Source of the DNA: a virus
Taxonomy: Duplodnaviria; Caudoviricetes
Strand: one strand, 5' to 3'
DNA: 32,898 bases
Virus record (IMG/VR): IMGVR_UViG_3300042820_000068
Span: 1-32,898 of that record
Shown here: one piece after another, positions 26,260 to 32,898 of the stretch
Numbering within the stretch: the stretch's first letter is position 1
Layout of the letters: each line of letters starts with the position of its first letter
Position numbers and translations under genes: made by a program
Notes under the pieces: generated by a model
Database searches by the model: none
Told to the model about the DNA's origin: nothing
What the model saw: the letters and a program-made list of their open reading frames with translations, nothing else

Positions 26260-26565
26260 CTACCTCCCCAGGTTCGAGATCATGCCGGTGACCTGGGAGA
26301 AGGCCAGGGCGATGGCGGGTATCAGCATGACGGGCGAGTGACCGAAGAACCAGGCCAGGGGGGAGGCGGCGAGAGCGACCCACATACCGGCGCACCAAGG
26401 GCACTCGATTACGCCGATGACGAACGCGCCCAGGGTGCGGGGCCGGTCGTCCAGCCGCTTGATCAGCGCGTCTCGCGCGTCCTCGGTAATGGTGTCGCTG
26501 ACAATCAGCCCGGTCACGCGCGCCACAGCCAGCGCGTAGATCACGAGGAGTACCGGGTCCGTCAT
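26260..26565 (-). CDS. DUF1360-like membrane protein
   Basis: ALAVARVTGLIVSDTITE and IECPWCAGMWVA motifs; TAGGAT 6 nt before the ATG. Confidence 0.8.
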   Translation of the reverse strand: MTDPVLLVIYALAVARVTGLIVSDTITEDARDALIKRLDDRPRTLGAFVIGVIECPWCAGMWVALAASPLAWFFGHSPVMLIPAIALAFSQVTGMISNLGR

Positions 26566-26630
26566 GGCCTCATCCTACGGTGCGGGTGGACATCTCGGCC
26601 CTGGTGCCACTTGACGCGTGAGTGTCAGGT

Positions 26631-27101
26631 CTAGCTGAAGAACCAGCACCGGCTCCCTTTCTCGGTCAACTGAGGGCGCCCGAGTGCCCGGAGACGCCGG
26701 GAGAGCCCGTTCTTGCTCAGCGTATTGCGCCAGCCAGCGTCTCGGCCCATGGCGCAATACCGCTCATAGACCTCGTCGACTCGATGGAACCCCGGGCCGG
26801 ACACCTGGAGCAGCGCTCGGACCTGGTTCTCCTGGTTGTCCTCGTACGACGCCCCGGGGATGACCCAGCCGTTCACCTCGGTCTGCTTGCCACCGGACCG
26901 ATGACGGTTCCGGTGCCGGACACAGCCGTAGAGGGTGAGGGCGCGCCCCAGAGCATTACGGGATGCCACCGGCCGCCCGGCCTGCTCCATGATCCGGGTG
27001 TATCTGGCGTACAGCACGGTTGACGGTTCGGCCGTCCCAGGCTTGTAGACGTGCAGGAGGGTGCGCACGTCGTCCTGGGTCACAACGGTCATCAAGGTCA
27101 T
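26631..27101 (-). CDS. Tandem winged-helix protein resembling the D5/P4 primase-helicase C-terminal domain
   Basis: Two repeats: LYARY...SRNALGRALTLYG and VYERYC...SKNGLSRRLRALG; TACGAT 7 nt before the ATG. Confidence 0.65.
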   Translation of the reverse strand: MTLMTVVTQDDVRTLLHVYKPGTAEPSTVLYARYTRIMEQAGRPVASRNALGRALTLYGCVRHRNRHRSGGKQTEVNGWVIPGASYEDNQENQVRALLQVSGPGFHRVDEVYERYCAMGRDAGWRNTLSKNGLSRRLRALGRPQLTEKGSRCWFFS

Positions 27102-27138
27102 GGCGCCTATCGTACGCCAATGGCACCCCCATCTCAGG

Positions 27139-27272
27139 CCGGGGAGAGCGGGGGGACTGATGGGACCCTCAACACCACCACCCTTTACGCGTGCACGCGC
27201 CTCCAAGACAAAGAAAAAGTTTCAACGTGCGTAGGTGTTGAGGGTCCCATCACTCCCCCCGCTTCCCCCCGG
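27139..27272. repeat. About 38-bp imperfect inverted repeat around a purine/pyrimidine-alternating and A-rich core
   Basis: GCGGGGGGACTGATGGGACCCTCAACACC ... GGTGTTGAGGGTCCCATCACTCCCCCCGC; core TACGCGTGCACGCGC and AAAGAAAAAGTTT. Confidence 0.85.
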
Positions 27273-27274
27273 AA

Positions 27275-27483
27275 GCAGGCAAGCCGCGCGCGTGCGCGTG
27301 TACCACGTACCCCTAGGAATGTGTCAATAGACCTGGCGACAATCTTTGCTCGACTGCTACCACGTACCCCTAGGAATGTGTCAATAGGCCTGGCGACAAT
27401 CTTTATCCGAATCTCTGTCCGACTCAGGCAGGCAAGCCGCGCGCGTGCGCGTGTACCACGTACCCCTAGGAATGTGTCAATAG
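27275..27483. repeat. Iteron-like direct repeats
   Basis: 30-bp TACCACGTACCCCTAGGAATGTGTCAATAG x3 (27301, 27358, 27454); 56-bp extended unit x2; CCTGGCGACAATCTTT x2. Confidence 0.9.
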
Positions 27484-27497
27484 GTAGACTTAATCTC

Positions 27498-27578
27498 ATG
27501 ACAACTGCTTCCCGCTGGTTCTGCCTCGTCTGTCGCCGGTTCCACAACCCGCGCCGCCCGTGTCCTACGGGGAGGTAG
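27498..27578 (+). CDS. 26-aa CCHC microprotein
   Basis: MTTASRWFCLVCRRFHNPRRPCPTGR; TAGACT 7 nt before the ATG; paralog follows. Confidence 0.6.
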   Translation: MTTASRWFCLVCRRFHNPRRPCPTGR

Positions 27579-27582
27579 ACAG

Positions 27583-27723
27583 GTGCCCGGCTGGTTCTGC
27601 CTGATCTGCCGCCGGTTCCACGGCAAGCGCCGGGGCGGCGTGTGTCCACCGCCCCGGCCGAGTCCTCCGCGATTTCATGGACCGGTTTCTGTCCCATGGC
27701 CAGACACCTCAACCAAGGTTTAA
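27583..27723 (+). CDS. 46-aa CCHC microprotein (paralog)
   Basis: MPGWFCLICRRFHGKRRGGVCPPP...; GGGGAGGT RBS before the GTG. Confidence 0.6.
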   Translation: MPGWFCLICRRFHGKRRGGVCPPPRPSPPRFHGPVSVPWPDTSTKV

Positions 27724-27825
27724 CTCTGGCGTCGTTCTGAGCATGCCCACTCACCGATCCTGAGCAGCGCATACCTGTACCCGGGGGGACCTCCTCAGAG
27801 GTCCCCCCGATCGATGTCCGGCCCA

Positions 27826-28086
27826 TCAGTACCCCCACATGTCGTCCCTGCCCGAGTGGCCTACGTGCCAGTGCCGGGTAGCCGTCTGTCCGTCGCGGTA
27901 GTTCTCACCCCACTGGCACGCGTACGGCTTGAGCCCGTCTCGCCGCTCCCCGGTCTGCCAGTTCACCCGGAACGCGTGCCAGGCGGCGCGCCACCAGGTC
28001 AGGTGAGCGACCTTCATGTTCTTGCGCCGTGGATAGCCGTGCCCATGCTGTCGTGACCACCGGCTGGAAGCTGACCCGGACACCAT
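27826..28086 (-). CDS. Small Zn-finger-like phage protein (Y.C...HWHVGH)
   Basis: K..HLT...A and PYAC...HWHVGH; start uncertain (28095, 28086 or 28017). Confidence 0.6.
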   Translation of the reverse strand: MVSGSASSRWSRQHGHGYPRRKNMKVAHLTWWRAAWHAFRVNWQTGERRDGLKPYACQWGENYRDGQTATRHWHVGHSGRDDMWGY

Positions 28087-28144
28087 CACGCGCACCCTGG
28101 GGGGACCTCTGAGGAGGTCCCCCCGCTTGATGTCTCACCCACCA

Positions 28145-28336
28145 CTACCTCCTGCCCCGGTTGCTCGCCCCCGTGCGCCCGGCGTGGAAGTTGCCGCACT
28201 GAGTGCACCGGTAGGTGTTGCTGGTCCTCATCTGCCATTTGCCGGACGCGACCATGCGTCCCCGGTGAACCTCTGCCTCTGCCCGTGTCAGGTGCTGGAT
28301 CTTGCCTGAGCACTTGCGCAGATATCCGGCGCTCAT
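28145..28336 (-). CDS. Small Zn-finger-like phage protein (C.GK..H.T...A; YRC..CG.FH.G)
   Basis: ATGA overlap with the upstream gene; motif shared with the neighbour. Confidence 0.7.
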   Translation of the reverse strand: MSAGYLRKCSGKIQHLTRAEAEVHRGRMVASGKWQMRTSNTYRCTQCGNFHAGRTGASNRGRR

Positions 28337-28896
28337 CGCTTCCACGCCCGGTCATGTGCCGCGTGGGTCTTCTTGGCCATGTCCCGCAGCGAGGCCACGA
28401 TCCGGGCCACCGTGAGATCCGGCCGGACGGTGCCCTCCAGGAACTGGTCTACCGTGAACAGGAAGCCCAGCACGGCCAGCCGCCCGGCCTCGCTGCGCGC
28501 CCAGTTCTCATGGAACGCGTGGACCTGGTCCTCCAGGGACTTGATGACCTCCCCGTGAGCGTCACAGTCCAAGGCCCTGGCGCTGGCCTCGCGGATGCCC
28601 CGGTCCCGGTCCACTCGGGCGTGGGTTGCCTGGTCCTCCAGGAAGCCGATGTAGGTGAGGAGATCTACCACCTCGGGCGTAAGTGCCGGTGCATCGCTGA
28701 TGATCTTCCGGGCACTGTCCCGGACGTACATCGACGTGGCTGCCAGTTGCGAGCCCGGTCCGTCGTAGAACTCCGAGCGCTGGTCCAGGTGCAGGCCAGC
28801 CGGGTGCGGCGCCCGCTCCAGCTCGGCGCACTTGGTCCGTGTGCACGTGATCTTGTGGCTGGGGTTGCCCGGGTCGTACTGGTTCGTGCTACTCAT
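28333..28896 (-). CDS. Hypothetical protein
   Basis: GAGAGGA RBS before ATG 28896; promoter TTGAAC-17-TAAGCT upstream (about 28928-28956). Confidence 0.65.
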   Translation of the reverse strand: MSSTNQYDPGNPSHKITCTRTKCAELERAPHPAGLHLDQRSEFYDGPGSQLAATSMYVRDSARKIISDAPALTPEVVDLLTYIGFLEDQATHARVDRDRGIREASARALDCDAHGEVIKSLEDQVHAFHENWARSEAGRLAVLGFLFTVDQFLEGTVRPDLTVARIVASLRDMAKKTHAAHDRAWKR

Positions 28897-28996
28897 CGCT
28901 GTGTTCCTCTCGATCGGGTGTTCCGTCAGCTTACCAGGCATGGCTTCAAGGTTCAACCAGAAGATGGGGGGACCTCAGAAACAGGTCCCCCCAGGG

Positions 28997-29152
28997 TCAG
29001 TACGACGCGGTAGGCGCCGGTCTCCACGGCTGTACCGGAACCGGATCCCGGAGCAGGTCCAGCGCACCCAGGCCCAGGCAGCACGTCACCAGCAGCGCCA
29101 CTACGCCCAGGATCGCACCTACCTCCATGCCGGTCAGCGGGCGCCGCCTCAC
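28997..29152 (-). CDS. Small membrane peptide
   Basis: GTGA overlap; one hydrophobic helix (VGAILGVVALLVTCCLGLGAL). Confidence 0.55.
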   Translation of the reverse strand: MRRRPLTGMEVGAILGVVALLVTCCLGLGALDLLRDPVPVQPWRPAPTASY

Positions 29153-29628
29153 AGCAGGCCCAGCCGGTCCTTGACGGCCCGCGTGCCGGACGTGTCGGTC
29201 GGCTTGAGCCCGTCCATCTCCACCTCGCGGATCAACCGGCACAGCGCCTCCTCTCCCGACCATCTCAGCTCCCCCTCTATCTGCCAGTTGTCCGAAATCC
29301 ATCCCGACAGGTAGAAAGCGCACTCCAGGTAGTCCCAGCGCACGCTCAGGGACACAGCCGGGTCCCATCTGGAGAGCCAGGTCCCCGTGTCGGCCGCACG
29401 CGCCAGCACTCTGGACAGCCTCGCCTCTCCCCGGGCGACCACCATCGACGACGCCCTCCGCAGCAGGGTGGCCGACGCCAGCAGGCCGAGAGCGGTTCCC
29501 GCCGTCTCACGCCAGGTGGTGATCCCCCAGAAGACCCACAGGGTGGCCGAGACGACCACGGAGGCCCATACCGCCGTTGCCAGGATCCGGGGTACCGAAG
29601 GTGTATCTTGATCTCGCCCGTTCATCAC
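29149..29628 (-). CDS. Membrane protein, hypothetical
   Basis: C-terminal part of the 370-aa track ORF; two hydrophobic segments; start uncertain. Confidence 0.55.
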   Translation of the reverse strand: MMNGRDQDTPSVPRILATAVWASVVVSATLWVFWGITTWRETAGTALGLLASATLLRRASSMVVARGEARLSRVLARAADTGTWLSRWDPAVSLSVRWDYLECAFYLSGWISDNWQIEGELRWSGEEALCRLIREVEMDGLKPTDTSGTRAVKDRLGLL

Positions 29629-29669
29629 GTTGCGTGTCTCCACCCGGTTCGGTCCCGGACTGTTCTGGT

Positions 29670-29888
29670 TCACAGGCCGCTCTCGTGTCTCGCGATGTGC
29701 TCCATCGCCGATGTGAAAGCCGGGTCCCGGCGCCACCGGTGCATGATGAAACCGCACTCGGTGCAGGTGCCGTGGAACCCCTGAGCGCGAGCACCGGCGC
29801 CCCGGGTAGCGGGCGATCCCGGCTTCACCTCCTCCAGCACGATGGAGATCCCCGGATCCTCGTTGTGGTGTACGACCAGCTTCGGCAT
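29670..29888 (-). CDS. Small C2H2-like zinc-binding protein
   Basis: CTECG...AMEHIARH; GGGAG RBS. Confidence 0.7.
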   Translation of the reverse strand: MPKLVVHHNEDPGISIVLEEVKPGSPATRGAGARAQGFHGTCTECGFIMHRWRRDPAFTSAMEHIARHESGL

Positions 29889-29914
29889 TCCCGCTCCCCT
29901 TGTTCGTTGTCAGG

Positions 29915-29948
29915 TTGTACCTTACCGCCATGACTGCTATGTTGGCAA
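29915..29948. promoter_or_regulatory. Overlapping divergent promoters around a palindromic operator-like site
   Basis: Plus: TTGTAC-17-TATGTT. Minus: TTGCCA-18-TAAGGT. Core TTACCGCCATGACTGCTA. Confidence 0.65.
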
Positions 29949-29973
29949 CAGGACAACCGAAAGGGGAGCGGGA

Positions 29974-30315
29974 ATGCAGGCGAACGTCAAGAGTGACGTC
30001 ACTGTCCGGGAGATCAACATCGAGATCATCGGCGGCCCGGACCTGGACATCACCGAACGGTGGCACAGATACGACCGCATCATCCGGGTGCACGCGGTCC
30101 GGGTCCGGATCGTGGACGGAGTTACCCGGGGCATCACCGTCTTCGGGCTGGTGCTCAAGAAGGACGGCACGCCTGGCCTGAACCAGGACAACCGGCTCTG
30201 GTCTGTCAACGGATTGAGGCCCGTATCCGAAGCACCGGCCTGGGTCAGGGAGTTGTTCCACGGAGCTCCGGCAAGCCGGATCAGGCGCAACTGGACGCCG
30301 GAGGAGGTGTCCTGA
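29974..30315 (+). CDS. Hypothetical protein (G..LKKDGTPG motif)
   Basis: AGGGGAG RBS; 113 aa. Confidence 0.7.
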   Translation: MQANVKSDVTVREINIEIIGGPDLDITERWHRYDRIIRVHAVRVRIVDGVTRGITVFGLVLKKDGTPGLNQDNRLWSVNGLRPVSEAPAWVRELFHGAPASRIRRNWTPEEVS

Positions 30316-30410
30316 TGTCCAAGAACACGCCGCGCCCGGTCAAGCCACCCAAGACGGCACCCCGGCCGACCACTCAGAAGCCGAAGCGCGGCAGTAAGCC
30401 GGGATCGTGA
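30315..30410 (+). CDS. 31-aa Lys/Pro-rich microprotein
   Basis: GGAGGT RBS and TGATG overlap; MSKNTPRPVKPPKTAPRPTTQKPKRGSKPGS. Confidence 0.55.
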   Translation: MSKNTPRPVKPPKTAPRPTTQKPKRGSKPGS

Positions 30411-30556
30411 TTCGCGGGACCGGCCCCGGCCGGGGAGTCCCGTGGTGGCGCAGAGACTTCGTCTACCTGGTGTGGAAACTGCCCGGCTTCAGCGGGTCTG
30501 AGCCCTTGTACAGCAAGCGGGAGGGCCGGGTGGTCGCGAAGGTAGGCACACCGTGA
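30407..30556 (+). CDS. 49-aa microprotein
   Basis: GTGA overlaps at both ends. Confidence 0.45.
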   Translation: MIRGTGPGRGVPWWRRDFVYLVWKLPGFSGSEPLYSKREGRVVAKVGTP

Positions 30557-30639
30557 GCTGGTTCCGCTGGTACGTCGTCGAACCGGTGCGCTGGCATCTG
30601 GCCGGTCTGATCGAGCGGCGCCGCCGGTCACGAGGTTGA
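30553..30639 (+). CDS. 28-aa Trp/Arg-rich microprotein
   Basis: MSWFRWYVVEPVRWHLAGLIERRRRSRG; GTGA overlap. Confidence 0.45.
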   Translation: MSWFRWYVVEPVRWHLAGLIERRRRSRG

Positions 30640-30664
30640 TACTTAGACGTCATGGCTGTAAGGT
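30636..30664 (+). promoter_or_regulatory. Promoter with operator-like spacer
   Basis: TTGATA-cttagacgtcatggctg-TAAGGT. Confidence 0.65.
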
Positions 30665-30696
30665 AGACATGCAACCGAGATGAAGGGTCACAGATC

Positions 30697-30882
30697 ATGG
30701 AAAAAGACATGCCCAGCGCCGGAGGAGGTAGCGGCCGGAAGCCTGCCCGGTACGAAGTGGTCTATCAGGGCAAGGGTGGCGCCTGGCTTCATCTGCCGTG
30801 GAGCAAGAAGAAGTCCACGCCGAAGCTGGAGGCCAAGCCGGTGAAGCCGGTCAAGAAAAAGGACACCAAGGGCTGGTTCTGA
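30697..30882 (+). CDS. Small Lys-rich protein
   Basis: 61 aa, between a promoter and a terminator. Confidence 0.65.
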   Translation: MEKDMPSAGGGSGRKPARYEVVYQGKGGAWLHLPWSKKKSTPKLEAKPVKPVKKKDTKGWF

Positions 30883-30895
30883 CCGCCTGAGCAGA

Positions 30896-30936
30896 CAGTC
30901 GAGCCCCGGACCTGAACCAGGTCCGGGGCTCGACTG
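30896..30936. terminator. Hairpin terminator between convergent genes
   Basis: CAGTCGAGCCCCGGACCTG-aac-CAGGTCCGGGGCTCGACTG. Confidence 0.75.
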
Positions 30937-30955
30937 CCAGCAGTCGATGCCGACT

Positions 30956-31294
30956 CTACCGGACGACTCCGGTGGACGGAGTCACCTGGGGCCGGACAGC
31001 GAACAGTGCGAACGCTGCCAGGATCAGGCCGCTGGCGCCGGAGATCAGGCCGTCACTCAGGTGGTAGTGATACTCCGCCAGCACAGCCGCTACCGCGACG
31101 AACGCGCCGACGAACAGCGACGGCGCCACCGGCCTGGTCGTCAGCGCCGTGATCAGCGCGCCGATCGCGGCAACGATGGCCACGCTCGCACCGGCGCTGA
31201 GACCGGGGAGGTTGAGCCCGGCCAGCACAGCCATGACGGCAGCCACAAAGCCGATGATGAGGGCCGGTTCCCGGCCGAGGATCTTGGTCTGCAT
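30956..31294 (-). CDS. Holin-like membrane protein
   Basis: About 4 TM helices; GREPA N-terminus and RPQVTP C-terminus; directly after the endolysin. Confidence 0.75.
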   Translation of the reverse strand: MQTKILGREPALIIGFVAAVMAVLAGLNLPGLSAGASVAIVAAIGALITALTTRPVAPSLFVGAFVAVAAVLAEYHYHLSDGLISGASGLILAAFALFAVRPQVTPSTGVVR

Positions 31295-31303
31295 AGTCTC
31301 CCC

Positions 31304-32113
31304 CTACCCGGCCCGGACCGTGAGGGTCCCGCCGGTCACGGTCAGCGCGCCGGTCAGCGTGCCGTCCTTGCCCGGAGCACCCGGCGCCCCGTCCTTGCCT
31401 GGGGTACCCGGTGCCCCGTTCTTCCCGGCCCTCTTGACCATCACGGTGGTCAGCAGCGACCAGGCCGTCCAGCCGCTGATCGCCGTCGTTGCGTTAGCGT
31501 TGGCGGTTTTGTGACGGTAGTCGTTGACTGCCGCTTCCATGACCGGCCCGTACACCCCGTCTATCACGACCTTGGAGTAGCCCAGGTCCAGCAGAACGTA
31601 CTGCCAGAACTTGACCCCCTCCCCCGTGTCACCCTTCTTGACCAGCATGTTGTCTCCTCCGGATCGAATGATCTCCGCGAACGCGGCAACCTGGGCAGGG
31701 GTTCCGATGATCTCCCAGTGCATCGGGTCCGGCCGCCCGGTGTACATGCCTCCCCAGCGCAGCGTGCCGTGCGAGTCGGCCACGATCGCCCTGCACGCGG
31801 CGATCTGGGAGGAGCTCATGCTCTTGCTGGCCTGGTCACCCATGTTGTGCTGGTCAGCGTTGATGTCCCAGGCCGTGGCGCTGGCGTGGTTGCTGATCGT
31901 GGCAGTGCCCTCGATCGGCTTGACGAACCATCCCCAGCACGTACCGGGAACCACCGGCTCCACCTCGCGCGCGTACCGGGCGAGTTGCCAGCGAGCGATG
32001 ACGGTGACGTCACCGGCGAGGATCCCGTTCGGGAACAGAGCGCCCTGGAACGGCCCCTGGTCGCACGCGCTCTTGCCGACGACGAGCCACCCGTTCTGTG
32101 AGTGTTCAGCCAT
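31304..32113 (-). CDS. Endolysin: M15-family Zn peptidase, PG-binding domain and collagen-like tail
   Basis: SQNGW, SNHASATAWDINA and WGG...DPMHWEI; KKGDTGEGVKFWQ..L...GY...IDGVYGP; Gly-X-Y run; GGAGGT RBS before ATG 32113. Confidence 0.88.
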   Translation of the reverse strand: MAEHSQNGWLVVGKSACDQGPFQGALFPNGILAGDVTVIARWQLARYAREVEPVVPGTCWGWFVKPIEGTATISNHASATAWDINADQHNMGDQASKSMSSSQIAACRAIVADSHGTLRWGGMYTGRPDPMHWEIIGTPAQVAAFAEIIRSGGDNMLVKKGDTGEGVKFWQYVLLDLGYSKVVIDGVYGPVMEAAVNDYRHKTANANATTAISGWTAWSLLTTVMVKRAGKNGAPGTPGKDGAPGAPGKDGTLTGALTVTGGTLTVRAG

Positions 32114-32155
32114 AGATACCTCCCCCTCCTGGCCTGTCACTTTACAGCAAGAGCT

Positions 32156-32353
32156 TCATGCCCCGGCGCCACGCTTTGATCGCCGGGTTCGGGCGGCCTT
32201 ACGCGACATCCGGGAGCGCTGGGCATGGCTGACTCCTGCGTTGGCGATCCTGGCCGCCTTGCTCTTGCTGGCGCCCTTGCGCCTCAGAGCCTTGTAGACA
32301 CGCTGGCGGGACTTCTTGACGTACCCCTTGCGGCCCCCGGCGTCGCTCACCAT
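32156..32353 (-). CDS. Small very basic protein (YxALRRKGASKxKAARIANA family)
   Basis: 65 aa; GGAGGT RBS before ATG 32353. Confidence 0.75.
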   Translation of the reverse strand: MVSDAGGRKGYVKKSRQRVYKALRRKGASKSKAARIANAGVSHAQRSRMSRKAARTRRSKRGAGA

Positions 32354-32399
32354 GGCGCACCACCTCCACATCCATGGTCTACCCAGGGAGGGACAGACA

Positions 32400-32431
32400 G
32401 AAGCGCCCCGACCGGGTGGTCGGGGCGCTTC
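32400..32431. terminator. Hairpin terminator
   Basis: GAAGCGCCCCGACC-gggt-GGTCGGGGCGCTTC. Confidence 0.7.
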
Positions 32432-32445
32432 TTGACGTTGCAGTG

Positions 32446-32787
32446 TCAGTCGTGGAGCACTTCCTGGAGCGTGCTCTGGGTCTCGCGGTCCTCGGCGGCC
32501 ACAAGCTGGTCCGCGCCGATCATCCGCATGAACCAGTCGGCGGCCGTGCCGACCCTGGAGCCGCGAGCGCCGCGCGGCCCGGTGTACTTCTCCGCGATGG
32601 CGGCGGCCATCGCGTGCTCCAGTGAGTTGTAGAACTCGCCCATCTTGACTTCGCCGTTGTCGCGCCACTCCTCGGGCATCGTGGTGAATCCGAACAGAGG
32701 CTTGTCCTTGCTCGGGCCGCCGGACCCGTGGTCCTCGATCTGGTAGAAGTTCCAGTCACCGACCATCCAGCGGTGTACGTACCTCAT
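32446..32787 (-). CDS. Hypothetical protein
   Basis: 113 aa; GGAGGAGG RBS. Confidence 0.7.
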   Translation of the reverse strand: MRYVHRWMVGDWNFYQIEDHGSGGPSKDKPLFGFTTMPEEWRDNGEVKMGEFYNSLEHAMAAAIAEKYTGPRGARGSRVGTAADWFMRMIGADQLVAAEDRETQSTLQEVLHD

Positions 32788-32821
32788 CGCTTGTCCTCCT
32801 CCGGGAGCTCTGGCGTCAGGA

Positions 32822-32898
32822 CTAGTTCTCCCGGATGGGGTCCTTCAGCCCGAACTCCTGGGCCGAGTCGTTTACCATCCGGATGATGTCGGCCAGAA
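32822..32898 (-). CDS. 3' end of a gene starting outside the window
   Basis: ...LADIIRMVNDSAQEFGLKDPIREN*. Confidence 0.45.
   Translation of the reverse strand, partial: LADIIRMVNDSAQEFGLKDPIREN

Noticed and set aside
27275-27483. 30-bp repeats as a mini-CRISPR array
   Set aside because: The intervening sequences are unequal (27 and 66 nt) and share sequence with each other and with the flank; no cas genes are present. They fit iterons or tandem duplication better.
27301-27483. TTGACA in the repeats as three tandem minus-strand promoters
   Set aside because: No good -10 at 16-18 nt spacing (TACACG or TAGCAG only at 19 nt), so promoter function is unsupported.
29149-30261. 370-aa ORF as a single gene
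   Set aside because: Its 5' part overlaps two better-supported genes with RBSs and the divergent promoter region; only the 3' ~160 codons look coding.

Overview
A high-GC actinomycete siphophage or prophage segment containing most of the virion morphogenesis and lysis genes, mainly on the minus strand. Read right to left: an M15 endolysin and holin, a zone of small accessory genes, a repeat-rich origin-like region, then portal, MuF-like protein and maturation protease. These are followed by the two-protein capsid (hexamer and pentamer proteins, as in mycobacteriophage cluster B/Rosebush), major tail protein, fibre/DUF4082 repeat protein, head-tail genes, tail chaperones, tape measure and two large paralogous minor tail proteins. 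No terminase, integrase or polymerase is visible in the window. The structural operon is interrupted by several inserted islands. The most unusual signals are: (1) a promoter-driven non-coding locus with two tandem tRNA-like units, each preceded by the same 26-nt leader, upstream of a secreted I36 peptidase-inhibitor gene; (2) two genes that appear to start at AUC; (3) tail proteins with three tandem collar+4xHxH modules in one chain, suggesting a single-chain pseudo-trimeric metal needle; (4) a recurring palindromic operator in promoter spacers and a six-copy GGGGGGACC-N7-9-GGTCCCCCC palindrome family; (5) a candidate anti-defence cassette between the tail chaperones; (6) unannotated microproteins. 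All family assignments are from motif recognition only; no database searches were run.
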